A stretch of 64,000 nt of DNA from an uncultured Gemmatimonadaceae bacterium (GTDB lineage Bacteria; Gemmatimonadota; Gemmatimonadetes; Gemmatimonadales; Gemmatimonadaceae). The position numbers were made by a program, and so were the translations under genes. Position 1 is the first letter of the stretch, and each line of letters starts with the position of its first letter. This document shows, piece after piece, positions 1-9,698 of the stretch. The stretch is taken from positions 64,001 to 128,000 of the forward strand of contig CAWAGQ010000011.1 in the NCBI GenBank assembly GCA_963781585.1. Reading direction: 5' to 3'. The notes under the pieces were generated by a model. It had not been told where the DNA came from and did not search any database. It worked only from the letters and a program-made list of their open reading frames with translations.

Positions 1-778
1 CCGAAGACTTGGCATGTATGCCGAAATCTTCTCGACCGGCATGAAGAACGTGTGGCCCACGCGAGTCTACATCGATCTGTTCGCCGGCCGCGGACATGCG
101 CTGATCACGGAAACGCATCGGCGTGTGTTGACATCCCCTTTGATCGCTTTGAGCCTACCCGACCGCTTCTCCCACTACATATTCTGCGAGAAGAAGCACT
201 CGTTGCTTGAGGCACTCAAGAGCCGAGCAAGGGTGATGGCGAGCGAGGCGACGGTGGTATGCATCGAGGGGGATGCGAACGAGCGTATTCGCGAGATTGC
301 AGCGATCATCCCGCAGCATACTGCCGCCAAGCGCGTCCTGGGCTTCTGCTTCATCGACCCGTTCAATCTCGGCATCCACTTCGATACGGTGCGTGCGCTC
401 GGCAGGGGTCGACCTATGGACTTTCTCATTCTTCTCGCCTTCGGAATGGATGCCGGACGTAACTGGGCGACCTATCTCAAACCGGGAGACAAGAAAGTCG
501 AGAGGTTTCTCGGAGCGCCTGACTGGAGGGAGCGATGGCGAACGACAGAGCGTGAAGGCATTGGTGAGACACGCTTTCTCGCCACAGAGTATGCGAGAGC
601 GATGGAGAGCCTCGGCTACCGCACCACGTCAACCGAGCAAATGATCCCGGTGCGATCGACGGACAAGAATCTGCCGCTGTACTACCTGGCCTTCTTCAGC
701 AGGAACGAGCAGGGGTACAAGTTCTGGCACGAGGTACAGAAGTACTCGGAAGACCAGCTGAACTTGTCTCTCGAATAG
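1..778 (+). CDS. tcmP: Three-Cys-motif partner protein (TcmP-like SAM-dependent methyltransferase fold), 5'-truncated by the window edge
   Basis: Motifs YIDLFAGRG, GDAN, FCFIDPF and the C-terminal PLYYLAFFS..G.KFW are typical of the family. The frame is open to the window start (RRLG precedes Met at 14). Confidence 0.8.
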   Translation, partial: RRLGMYAEIFSTGMKNVWPTRVYIDLFAGRGHALITETHRRVLTSPLIALSLPDRFSHYIFCEKKHSLLEALKSRARVMASEATVVCIEGDANERIREIAAIIPQHTAAKRVLGFCFIDPFNLGIHFDTVRALGRGRPMDFLILLAFGMDAGRNWATYLKPGDKKVERFLGAPDWRERWRTTEREGIGETRFLATEYARAMESLGYRTTSTEQMIPVRSTDKNLPLYYLAFFSRNEQGYKFWHEVQKYSEDQLNLSLE

Positions 779-949
779 TGAGTGGCGGGCCCCTTGAAGC
801 CGTGCTGCTCGGCGGAACCGAGACAGCTCGAGGAGGCAGCAATCACGGGTCAAACCCGTCTTGCAACCATCACTGTGTGCCGTGGTGACCAAGTGCAAGT
901 CAGTCCAAGGGCATCGAGATGGGCTACAGGGAACTCGCGAGGAAGTGAC

Positions 950-2074
950 ATGAGGCGCCTCCATGTCGTTGCCGCAGCGCTGGCCGTCTCGGCATCGGCG
1001 GTACACGCCCAGCGATCCATCGATCTCACCGGCAAACCGGAGGCCGTGATCGCCGAACCCTTCACCATGGTCACCGGCGTGCGCGAACTGCCAGGCAATC
1101 TGGCGATCGTCACCGATCAGTTCGAACACCGGGTGTTCCTCGCGAACTTCGCCACGCGCTCCGCGGAGCAAATCGGCCGGCAGGGCGACGGGCCCGGTGA
1201 GTACCGCTTCCCCATGGCGCCTCTGCTTGCGCCGGGGAACGCAACGTGGATCCATGATGCAACGCTCCGGCGGATCGACGTCGTTTCGCCCGATGGCAGG
1301 TTCACCTCCGCTTTCAGTGCGCCGACCACCGGTATCCCCGGAGGCATTCGGGCCGCCCGCGGCACCGATCGCTCGGGCCACATCTATTTCGAGGGGAATA
1401 GTTTCGACCCGGAGACAGGGCGTTTCATCGACTCGGTCACCATCGCTCGTTGGAATCCGCAGGACAACCGGACGGACCTGCTCGGAAGGGTGTGGAGTGG
1501 CGGTCGCGTGATCGTCAACGGACCGAGTGGCAAGATGAGCATCGCGCGTGAGGCGACGCCGTTTCCGACTCTGGATGCCTGGGCCGTGCTCCCCGATGGG
1601 CGCATCGCGGTCATCGAGCACGCCCCATTCCGGATTGGATTGCTCGCACCAGGCGGCGTGATCCAGCGCGGCCCGGCGATTTCGTACGTCACCCTTCCCG
1701 TCACCCGGGCCGAGCGCGACGCATATCGCGCACGGCATGCCGCCGTGCGCTTGTCGGCGGCGATGAAGAACGGAGGCGGCGGCGCGGCAATGCGAGCCAC
1801 GCCAGTGAGCGACGCCGAGTTTCCCAATGTGATGCCGCGGTTCATCGCGAGCGCCGTCCTGACGACGCCCGAAGGCGAGATCTGGATCGGCCGGAGTCAC
1901 GCAGCGGCAGACCGCACGTGGCGCTACGACATCTTCGACGCCGGCAGCAAGCTGCTCGGCGCCGCGACACTTGGCGCGAATTCAGTGGTCGTTGGCTTCG
2001 GTGCCGGAACGGTGTACGTCGCACGCACCGACCCGGCCGATGACCTGGTCTACCTGGAGCGCTATCGGCGATAG
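950..2074 (+). CDS. Secreted 6-bladed beta-propeller-like protein
   Basis: Signal peptide MRRLHVVAAALAVSASAVHAQ, GRQGDGPGEY motif, C-terminal YDIFD..G.LLG and YVARTD..DLVYLERYR; AGGA upstream. Confidence 0.7.
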   Translation: MRRLHVVAAALAVSASAVHAQRSIDLTGKPEAVIAEPFTMVTGVRELPGNLAIVTDQFEHRVFLANFATRSAEQIGRQGDGPGEYRFPMAPLLAPGNATWIHDATLRRIDVVSPDGRFTSAFSAPTTGIPGGIRAARGTDRSGHIYFEGNSFDPETGRFIDSVTIARWNPQDNRTDLLGRVWSGGRVIVNGPSGKMSIAREATPFPTLDAWAVLPDGRIAVIEHAPFRIGLLAPGGVIQRGPAISYVTLPVTRAERDAYRARHAAVRLSAAMKNGGGGAAMRATPVSDAEFPNVMPRFIASAVLTTPEGEIWIGRSHAAADRTWRYDIFDAGSKLLGAATLGANSVVVGFGAGTVYVARTDPADDLVYLERYRR

Positions 2075-2244
2075 TGGAGCAGGGAACGACCGTCCCGGTG
2101 CCTCCTCTTCTGCAAGCGCCGGCGACTCCGTCGTGCGAGCTAGACCGCGTACGTTCCAAGGAGCGATGGTAGCCCAAGGGCGCTTCGGCTAACGTCATTC
2201 ATGACAATTCGACCGAACCGAAGCTACGCCTCCCGGAGACGCCA

Positions 2245-2460
2245 ATGCGCATAGGCGTCATTGCAGGCATTGCGCTGCTCGTCGCCGGTGTCTTTGTGTT
2301 TTTTCGTGGCGGAAGCTTCACATCGCACCGTGACATGATGGACTTTGCCGGTATGCGTGTGTCCGTTGAGGAACAGCATCCTGTCCGTCCATGGGTTGCA
2401 GGCCTCGTCGCGCTTGCCGGAATCGCGCTTGTCGCGACGGCAGTGCGGCAAAAGGCGTAG
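2245..2460 (+). CDS. Small two-TM membrane protein
   Basis: 71 aa with two hydrophobic segments; GGAG upstream. Confidence 0.6.
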   Translation: MRIGVIAGIALLVAGVFVFFRGGSFTSHRDMMDFAGMRVSVEEQHPVRPWVAGLVALAGIALVATAVRQKA

Positions 2461-2609
2461 CCTTCGGCACGGCCTTTTAGGCGATCTGCGCCGACTCACC
2501 CGGCATCCAGGTCAGCGCTTTCCAGGAAGTACCTGAAGCGGTGAGCATCTCGCGCAATCCCAATCGCGCCCGAAATCGAACGGCTGTGGCACTCTACCTG
2601 GGAGCACGA

Positions 2610-4082
2610 ATGATCGGGACAATCAGGTACCTCTTCTCCGGCGCCACGGTGGTGGTGGGGATGATGATGACGACCGGCTGTGCCACCAATCCGGTAACCG
2701 GCCGGAGGGAGCTGGCGCTGGTGTCGGAGTCACAGGAGATCGAGATGGGGCGTCAAGGCGCCGCTGATGTGGCGGCGACGATCGGCCTGTATCCGGATAT
2801 CGGCCTCCAGGCGTACGTGAATCGCGTCGGCCAGACGCTGGCGGCGAGGACCGAGCGTCCGAAGCTCCCGTGGGAATACCACGTGGTCGACGACGCCGCG
2901 GTGAATGCGTTTGCGCTGCCGGGAGGATTCATCTTTGTCACGCGCGGGCTGTTGACGCATATCACGAACGAGGCCGAGCTCGCATCGGTGCTGGGCCACG
3001 AAAGCGGACATGTGGCCGCACGGCACAGCGTGCAGCAGATCAGTCGCCAGGAGGTTGCGTCAATTGGCCTCGGGGTCGGGTCCGTGCTCTCTCCGGTCAT
3101 CGCGAAGTATGGTCAGGTGGCGAGCGCGGGGCTCGGACTGCTCTTTCTCAAGAACAGCCGGGACGACGAGACACAGGCCGATCAGCTCGGCTTTCGGTAT
3201 GCGCTCGCGGATGGCTATGACACGCGCCAGATGATCAACCTGTTCGAAATGCTCCAGCGCGACGAACAGCTGAGCGGCGGGGGTCGGCTCCCTGAATGGC
3301 AAGCCACACATCCGGATCCCGGGAACCGGATCAAGGATGTGCAAAGCCTGGTGGCCGCCTCGGCGCAGAACTTCAGCGCGAAGCAGATAGGTGGCGACGC
3401 GTTCCTGCAGCGCCTCGACGGCATGGTGTACGGTGAGGATCCCCGGGCGGGGTACTTCCAGGGCTCGCTCTTCCTGCACCCCGCGCTCGAGTTCCTCCTT
3501 CAGTTTCCTGACGGATGGACGACGCAGAACGCGCCCGACGCCGTGGCCGGCATGAGCAAGGCGCAGGACGCCCTTATCGAGCTGCGCGCCGCGCCAGGAA
3601 GCGCCGCAGACGCATCGACGAATTTCTTCGGTCAGCAGGGCCTGCAGTCTGGCAACACGACGCAAGGCACGATCCACGGCAATCGCTCGGTCAGCGGAGA
3701 GTTCACCGCGCAGAGCGACCAGGGGGCCTCCGTCCACGGCATCGCCACCTTCATCGAATATGGCGGGCGTACCTGGCAGATTCTGGCGTATTCGCCCGCC
3801 GACCGGTTCGCCGCCTACAGCGGAATCTTCCAGCAGTCGATCAACAGCTTTGATCGCCTCACGGATCCTGTCGCGCTGGCGGTGCAGCCGCTGCATGTTC
3901 GCCTCGAGAAGGCGCCGCGCGCGATGTCGCTCCTGCAGTTCAACGCGCAGCTGCCGTCGAGCATTTCACTTGCCGAGCTGGCACTGATCAATGGCATGGA
4001 TGAGAGTACGCCGCTCCGTGCCGGGCAGTTGGTGAAACGCGTGATCGGCACGCCGGTCGGACATATCCGCAGCACGCCCTAG
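2610..4082 (+). CDS. M48-family zinc metalloprotease lipoprotein (BepA/YfgC-like)
   Basis: Lipobox-like TTGC followed by ATNPVTG, VNAFALPGG, HESGH (HExxH), E.QAD and THP motifs. Start is uncertain. Confidence 0.85.
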   Translation: MIGTIRYLFSGATVVVGMMMTTGCATNPVTGRRELALVSESQEIEMGRQGAADVAATIGLYPDIGLQAYVNRVGQTLAARTERPKLPWEYHVVDDAAVNAFALPGGFIFVTRGLLTHITNEAELASVLGHESGHVAARHSVQQISRQEVASIGLGVGSVLSPVIAKYGQVASAGLGLLFLKNSRDDETQADQLGFRYALADGYDTRQMINLFEMLQRDEQLSGGGRLPEWQATHPDPGNRIKDVQSLVAASAQNFSAKQIGGDAFLQRLDGMVYGEDPRAGYFQGSLFLHPALEFLLQFPDGWTTQNAPDAVAGMSKAQDALIELRAAPGSAADASTNFFGQQGLQSGNTTQGTIHGNRSVSGEFTAQSDQGASVHGIATFIEYGGRTWQILAYSPADRFAAYSGIFQQSINSFDRLTDPVALAVQPLHVRLEKAPRAMSLLQFNAQLPSSISLAELALINGMDESTPLRAGQLVKRVIGTPVGHIRSTP

Positions 4083-4129
4083 AGGGGCGTGCTGGGGGTA
4101 GGTGTAACCCGCGCGGAAGGAGAGACGGG

Positions 4130-4726
4130 CTACGGGACCACGACGGTCGTGCGCATCCACGGGTGAATGCAGCACTGGAAGTAGAGCGTACCGTGCTGCG
4201 TCACGATCTCCGTGTCGGTGCCGCCAGGCGGGAGGTACTCGCTTTGCGGTGCCGCGAGGCACTCGGGTGCAGGAGTTGGTGTGTTGTCGAGCTGGTTCAG
4301 TAGCGGCACAACCCCTCCACCAAAGGCCGCCACCTCCGTGAACGTGTGGACCTCACCGCCGCGGTTGATGGCGACAATCGAGCCGCCGAAGGGCAGTGTG
4401 AAGTTCTGAGGGGCGTTACGCCACGCCGGCGCCTTTTGGTGTTTCAGGAGCTGGTTGACGAAGGCGTCGAACTTGAGCCCGGGATGCGCTGACAAGCACG
4501 TTCCCGGTCCCACGGCAGCGTTGAAACTGAAAGGATCGCATTTATCGAGGAGCTGCACCGAATGTGACACGACAGCTGGCGCGTTTGCTGAGCCGGGCGA
4601 GGCAGGCGAGGCGTTGGCGGCGACGAGCGGATCCGCCGAGTCGGGCGCCGTGACGCGTGCGGAATCGGTGCAGCCCCAGAGGAGGAATGGACCAGCGGCC
4701 AGCAGGGTGGCGAGCGTGTGACGCAT
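4130..4726 (-). CDS. Cupredoxin-like lipoprotein
   Basis: Lipobox LLWGC, GGEVHTF and C-terminal CCIHPWM type-1 copper ligand pattern; GGAGG upstream. Confidence 0.7.
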   Translation of the reverse strand: MRHTLATLLAAGPFLLWGCTDSARVTAPDSADPLVAANASPASPGSANAPAVVSHSVQLLDKCDPFSFNAAVGPGTCLSAHPGLKFDAFVNQLLKHQKAPAWRNAPQNFTLPFGGSIVAINRGGEVHTFTEVAAFGGGVVPLLNQLDNTPTPAPECLAAPQSEYLPPGGTDTEIVTQHGTLYFQCCIHPWMRTTVVVP

Positions 4727-4922
4727 GGGGCCTCCCGCGCGATGCGCCGTGCGCTTTGAGCGCCAATTCATCGCGCTGGTGTCGAAGGTGAAGGACGAGT
4801 TCGGGACATCGACTGCTGGTTCACCCTCGCTGGGCGCGCGCCTGGGGTCGCGGTCGAACGAGACAGAGAGAAGATAGGGCTGGTGATGAGAGACAGAAGG
4901 GGTGCCCACCCCGGTGGCAGGC

Positions 4923-5753
4923 TCAGGCGCGACCCCGGTCATACAGATGAGTGAAATCACGGCAGGCCGCGGCGACGACCGCCAGTGGATCGGCGCTCTC
5001 GGGGTGACGCATCTCAACCGACACCCAACCATTATAGCCGCTCGCGTGCAGTGCCGCGGCCAGGCCCGCGTGATCGGTACCGCCCCGGCCGAACGGAGCG
5101 AGAAAAGGTTCGCTGGCATGGACGTGCCCGAGCCAGTCCGCGCAGGTCCGTACCGCGGCAGCCGGAGATTCGCCGTTGAGCGCCAATGCGCCGCCGTCGA
5201 TCTGCACCCCGAGGCCGCGGCGACCCACGGCCGACACGAGCTTCACGGCATCACCGGTCGTCAGCACGAAGTCGCAGCCGTACTGCGCAGGATTGGGTTC
5301 CAGGCACAACGTCACGCCGTGCGACTCCGCGAGCGCCGCGGCGCGCGCGAAGAAGTCCCGCGCTTCCTCCTGAGCTTGCGCCTCGGACAGCCTTCCACGC
5401 AGGCGGTTCTTCGGTGATCCGAACACCAGCGCCGAGGCGCCCAGTCGCGCACCCAGGACACACATGCCCTCGAGGTGCGCGAGCGTGGCCGACTGCACCG
5501 GCGCGGGACCGAATACGGTGAGCTCGGGATGTCCGTAGAGGAGCGCCTGCATCGCCACCACCTGCAACCCGTCGTCGCTCCACTGCCGGCGATAGGCATC
5601 GACCTCCGACGATGGGACGGCGAGCGGTTCCTTCCACACCGCGGTCGGAGCGATCTCGACGCCACCGATGCCGGCTGCGCGCAGAATGCGCGCAGCCTCG
5701 CGGTCCGCGGGGGCGCCCCCCCACGCGATGTTGGAGAAAGCCAGCCGCTTCAT
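4923..5753 (-). CDS. Sugar-phosphate isomerase/epimerase (xylose-isomerase-like TIM barrel)
   Basis: MKRLAFSNIAW, GVEIAPT, LVFGSPKNR, CLEPNP..YGCDF, HVHASEP, SVEM. Confidence 0.8.
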   Translation of the reverse strand: MKRLAFSNIAWGGAPADREAARILRAAGIGGVEIAPTAVWKEPLAVPSSEVDAYRRQWSDDGLQVVAMQALLYGHPELTVFGPAPVQSATLAHLEGMCVLGARLGASALVFGSPKNRLRGRLSEAQAQEEARDFFARAAALAESHGVTLCLEPNPAQYGCDFVLTTGDAVKLVSAVGRRGLGVQIDGGALALNGESPAAAVRTCADWLGHVHASEPFLAPFGRGGTDHAGLAAALHASGYNGWVSVEMRHPESADPLAVVAAACRDFTHLYDRGRA

Positions 5754-6517
5754 CGCATTCCGCGCTGCGACACCACGAAATCCCGCAGCGCGGCCAGCAC
5801 GCCCTCGCGGGTGAGCAGGTAGTGGCCGCGTGCGCCGAAGAGCGCCGCGTAGCGGGTGCGAAGATCGTACTCCACCGCCCGGAGTTCCGGCCTGTCGGGG
5901 AGCTCGCGACCGAACGCCTCACGAGCTACCTCTCCCACCGACGTGCCCTCGACGGTCAGATGCACCAGCGGCAGCCCGGCGCCTGACGCGACCTCCAGGT
6001 CGCCCCAGAGCCGGTCCAGCGGGTAGAACTGGAAGACGCTCCGCGGGCAGATCGCGTCGACCATGTTGTCGTGCAGCAGGTCGTACACGACGTTCTTGCG
6101 CAGGCCCTCGCCGAACAGCGCCGGCAACCGCACGATGGTGGCGTCGAATGCGCCGCGCACCCGCTCTTCCAGCTCGAACCGGTGGCGACCGTAGGGCGTC
6201 GCCAACGATGGGTCGACCCAGGTGTCCTCGTCCACCCCGCGTGGATCGCCGAATACGTCGACCGTCGAGATCACGATCACACGCCGCGCGCGCGCTTCGC
6301 GCAGCGCGCCCCACAGCCGTTCGAGCCGCGCGACGTCCTGCTCCGGCTCGCGATTGGCCCGCCACTTCTCGGCCGGCATGCCGGCACAGACGATCAGGTC
6401 GTACTGGCGCCCGCGGATGGCGTCGATGTCGGTGGACCGGAACCGGTCGTCGAACGGCCGCTGCCGGAGCAGGGTGCCGCCCACGACGCCCGACCAGCCG
6501 ATCAGCGCGTCAGGCAT
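5750..6517 (-). CDS. NAD-dependent epimerase/dehydratase-family protein
   Basis: ALIGWSGVVGG Rossmann start, ISTVDV, YGRHR, IVRLPALFG. Overlaps both neighbours. Confidence 0.8.
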   Translation of the reverse strand: MPDALIGWSGVVGGTLLRQRPFDDRFRSTDIDAIRGRQYDLIVCAGMPAEKWRANREPEQDVARLERLWGALREARARRVIVISTVDVFGDPRGVDEDTWVDPSLATPYGRHRFELEERVRGAFDATIVRLPALFGEGLRKNVVYDLLHDNMVDAICPRSVFQFYPLDRLWGDLEVASGAGLPLVHLTVEGTSVGEVAREAFGRELPDRPELRAVEYDLRTRYAALFGARGHYLLTREGVLAALRDFVVSQRGMR

Positions 6518-7322
6518 CGGACGACGCCGCCGGAGACCGTGGCGGCGGCGGATCGAACCGGTGTCGGCTCGCGGCAACAAGCGTCCGCAGCACCAGCAGG
6601 TTTCCCCTGAGGGGACTGATCTTGGTGGGCGTCTTCCCGGTTGCCGGATACGTCCGCGTCACCGGAATCTCCTCGTGCCGGAATCCGAGCCGCGCGGCGC
6701 GGACGGCGAGGTAGTAGTGCAGCTCGTAGTACTGGAATACCGCGCGGAACGGCGCGACCCGATCGTCGAGCAGGAAGCGACGCGAGTACGCCCGGAAGCC
6801 GTTGGTCGTGTCGGTGAAGCGGGTTCCGGCGGCAAGCGAGAGCAGCGGCGCGTGGAGAATCCTGATCCCGATGAGCCGCGCCAGCGGCGTCCGCACCGCG
6901 TGTCCGCCCGGTACGAATCTCGATCCCTGCACGTGATCCACACCGCGCTCCAGCGCGTCGACGAATCGCGGAATCGCGGATGGATCGTCCTTGTCGTTCC
7001 CATCCATCGTGATGATGCCCTGGTAGCCCTGATCCAGGGCCCAGGAGAAGGCCATGCGCATCTGCGCGCTCAGCCCTCCCCGGTCGCGCTTCACCAGCAG
7101 CGCGCGCACGCCGGCTGCACGAAGAAGTTCCGGATCGGTGGAGCCGTCGGTGCTGCCGCCATCGGCCACCACCAGGTCCACGGCGGCGGCGAAGGGCCGC
7201 ATCTTCGCCAGTTGGGCGTGCAGTCGTCCGTTCTCGTTGAGAACGAAGATGGCGCAGCAGATGGAGGACCGCCCGGGTGCGAGCTCCGTCGCGTCGAAGC
7301 CCGGGATCTCGCGTGCCGCCAT
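6510..7322 (-). CDS. GT2 glycosyltransferase (polyprenol-phosphate glycosyltransferase-like)
   Basis: VADGGSTDGS, MDGNDKD, GSRF..GG, DTTNGFRAYS, EIPVTR. Confidence 0.85.
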   Translation of the reverse strand: MAAREIPGFDATELAPGRSSICCAIFVLNENGRLHAQLAKMRPFAAAVDLVVADGGSTDGSTDPELLRAAGVRALLVKRDRGGLSAQMRMAFSWALDQGYQGIITMDGNDKDDPSAIPRFVDALERGVDHVQGSRFVPGGHAVRTPLARLIGIRILHAPLLSLAAGTRFTDTTNGFRAYSRRFLLDDRVAPFRAVFQYYELHYYLAVRAARLGFRHEEIPVTRTYPATGKTPTKISPLRGNLLVLRTLVAASRHRFDPPPPRSPAASSDA

Positions 7323-8311
7323 CAGGGGGCGATGGACTCGGAGACCACGTTGCGCTCCCGGGCCTCCCCGAGCGATGGCGTCCCCCCCAGCTCCTCGCGC
7401 ACGAAGTAGAGCGGGCGTCCGCGCGTCTCGTTCAGCAGGCGACCCAGATAGGCGCACAGAGTGCCGAGGACGAGTGCGATCACGCCGCTGACGGTGGCGA
7501 ACAGGAGTTGAGCGAACGACACCGAACCCGGTGAGGCCACCGCACGCAGGACGAGCACCCCGAGCCACGCGAAGCACACGAGCATGGCGATCCCGGCCAG
7601 CGCGGCGGCGAGAATGAGTGGCGCCAGCGAGTTGGAGATGATGATGCCGAGCGCGAGTCGTATCGCCGCGATCACCCCCATCTGCCGGGGCGGCGTGCGT
7701 CGCGCGATGGGCGTGTAGACAACGACGTCGTCTTCATACCCGACATATGCGCCCAGCGTCCGCAGATACCGGAGCTGGTCGCGGATCTGGAGTACCGCGT
7801 TCACCACTGGCCGGCTCATGGCGCGGAAGTGGGTGGAATGCGGCGGAATGTGCAGCCGCAGGACGTCGTTGCAAAGCCAGTAGAAGAGCCGCGCGCCGGT
7901 TCGCTGGATCCACGTCTGACCCTGACGGGTGGCGCGCACGCCGAACACCAGCCCGGCACCGCTCCGACCGCGCGCCACGAGGTCGGGAATCCGCGCCGGT
8001 GGATCGGTTTCGGGGAGGGCGACCACCACCACGTCGCCGATGGTGGTCTCCAGCCCGGCCGAGATCGCGATCTCGGTTCCGAAGCCGCGCGACAGGCGCA
8101 TGAGCCGTACTCCCTCGGAGCGCGGAAGCCACGCGGCCACCTTGCGCACGGTGTCGTCGGTCGAGCCATCGTCCACCAGGACCAGCTCGAAGCGCGCGTA
8201 GTTGGCGCCGAGCACCGCCAGCGTCTCCGCGATGAAGCCGTCGACGATGTCGGCGTCGTTGCGCAACGGCGCCACCACCGAGACCAGCAGGTCGCGGTCG
8301 GGCGCGGTCAT
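7322..8311 (-). CDS. GT2 glycosyltransferase, GtrB/ArnC-like with two C-terminal TMs
   Basis: VSVVAP, VDDGSTD, RLSRGFGTEIAISAGL, C-terminal TM pair and RPLYFVRE. The DxD motif appears degenerate. Confidence 0.8.
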   Translation of the reverse strand: MTAPDRDLLVSVVAPLRNDADIVDGFIAETLAVLGANYARFELVLVDDGSTDDTVRKVAAWLPRSEGVRLMRLSRGFGTEIAISAGLETTIGDVVVVALPETDPPARIPDLVARGRSGAGLVFGVRATRQGQTWIQRTGARLFYWLCNDVLRLHIPPHSTHFRAMSRPVVNAVLQIRDQLRYLRTLGAYVGYEDDVVVYTPIARRTPPRQMGVIAAIRLALGIIISNSLAPLILAAALAGIAMLVCFAWLGVLVLRAVASPGSVSFAQLLFATVSGVIALVLGTLCAYLGRLLNETRGRPLYFVREELGGTPSLGEARERNVVSESIAP

Positions 8312-9441
8312 GGCGTCGCCTGCTCGTGATGCTGCAGCACGATGTCGAGCATGTCGTAGACGTTGTCGATCTTGGAGCCCATCACGCAGTGGAGGCCTGG
8401 AAGCTCGGCGACCTCATGCACCAGAATGGGACGACTGTCGTCCCCCTCGCTTCGCGGCAGCACCGTCTTCACTTCCCAGAGCGACTCAACGTAGCTCGCG
8501 CGGGCCAGCAGCGGAACATAACGAGCGGCATCCCGGCGCATCTCGTCGAACCGGGTGCGCCGCGCCGCGGACTCCCGGATCTGCGCCGAGTCGAGGTAGG
8601 GACTCCCATCGGCGTCGCGCCATTCCCGGTGCGGCGTGTAACGCACGTGGCTCAGCGAGTGGAGCCCGCGCGGCGGGAAGGGCATGCACGAAAAGAACGG
8701 TCCGCACATGACGGTGATGCCGATTGCCGCGAGTTCCTCCGGCGGACGCACCAGCGCCAGCTCGGTGAGTTCGTGGGTCAGCGGGAGCGGCGCCGCGCCC
8801 GACTGGATCAGCAGCCGGTTGAGACGGGAGTACGTGCAGTTGTAGACGACGTCCGCGTTCAGCGCACCGCCATGCTCTCCTTCGAGCGAAACCTGCAGGC
8901 CGCCGCCGACAAGCGGCGACACGCGCTCGGCCGTCGTGTTGCAGAGAACACTGACGCCCGCACTCGCCAGGCGCTCCTCCATGCGCGCGCGGAGCCGGCC
9001 GGCGTCGAACGCCGGCTCATCCACCTCGAACACCGCCTCGATCGCCGATTGATCCACCAGCGCACAGGCGTCCGGCGCCGCGGGCCGGATCGGGGCGCCG
9101 ATGGCGTCGGCGAACCGGCGGAACTGCGCCGCGCTCACGCTGGAGCGCCGTCGCGCGATCGCATAGAGCTTGGTGAATCCCGCATCGATGCAGTCCGCGA
9201 ATTCGCGGATGAACCGCGGTGCGTTGGCCCGCGAACGACGCGCGGTCAGTACGCTGCGCGGGTAATGATAGCCGCCGTGCACACGGGCCTGGTTGTTGTA
9301 CGAGGCGTGCGAGAGCAGCTCCGGCGAGGCCTCCACCAGCACCACCTGGCCGCGTATCCGGGCGCTGAGTTCCGCCGCCAGCATCGCGCCGTAGAATCCG
9401 CCGCCGATGACCAACACATCCGCGTCCTTCGCCTTCGGCAT
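8308..9441 (-). CDS. FAD-dependent oxidoreductase (DAO family)
   Basis: VLVIGGGFYG, ASYNNQARVHGGYHYPRS, TVMCGPFFSCMPFP, GSKIDNVYD. Confidence 0.85.
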   Translation of the reverse strand: MPKAKDADVLVIGGGFYGAMLAAELSARIRGQVVLVEASPELLSHASYNNQARVHGGYHYPRSVLTARRSRANAPRFIREFADCIDAGFTKLYAIARRRSSVSAAQFRRFADAIGAPIRPAAPDACALVDQSAIEAVFEVDEPAFDAGRLRARMEERLASAGVSVLCNTTAERVSPLVGGGLQVSLEGEHGGALNADVVYNCTYSRLNRLLIQSGAAPLPLTHELTELALVRPPEELAAIGITVMCGPFFSCMPFPPRGLHSLSHVRYTPHREWRDADGSPYLDSAQIRESAARRTRFDEMRRDAARYVPLLARASYVESLWEVKTVLPRSEGDDSRPILVHEVAELPGLHCVMGSKIDNVYDMLDIVLQHHEQATP

Positions 9442-9506
9442 TGCGCTCGAGGTTGGGTCGTGGAGGAAAAGTACAGGCCCCGAACTCGCGGGAGGTAGGG
9501 AGAAGC

Positions 9507-9606
9507 GCCGATCCAGCGCGGCGCCCACCGCCGATCCACGGCGGCGCCCACCGCCGATCCAGCGCGGCGCCCACCGCCGATCCAGCGCGGCGCCCACCGC
9601 CGATCC
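9507..9606. repeat. 23-bp tandem repeat, about 4.3 copies (GCCGATCCAGCGCGGCGCCCACC)
   Basis: Units at 9507, 9530 (variant), 9553 and 9576, partial at 9599; no spacers between units. Confidence 0.95.
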
Positions 9607-9698
9607 TTAGATTCCCCGGCGGAGCGAAACGCCCATCGCAGGGACTTTCAAGCCGGGCCGGCTGTCACGGGATCCGGCAATGGAGCAGAACAGCCACC

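Noticed and set aside
9507..9606. Possible CRISPR array
   Set aside because: The units are contiguous with no unique spacers, and there are no cas genes.
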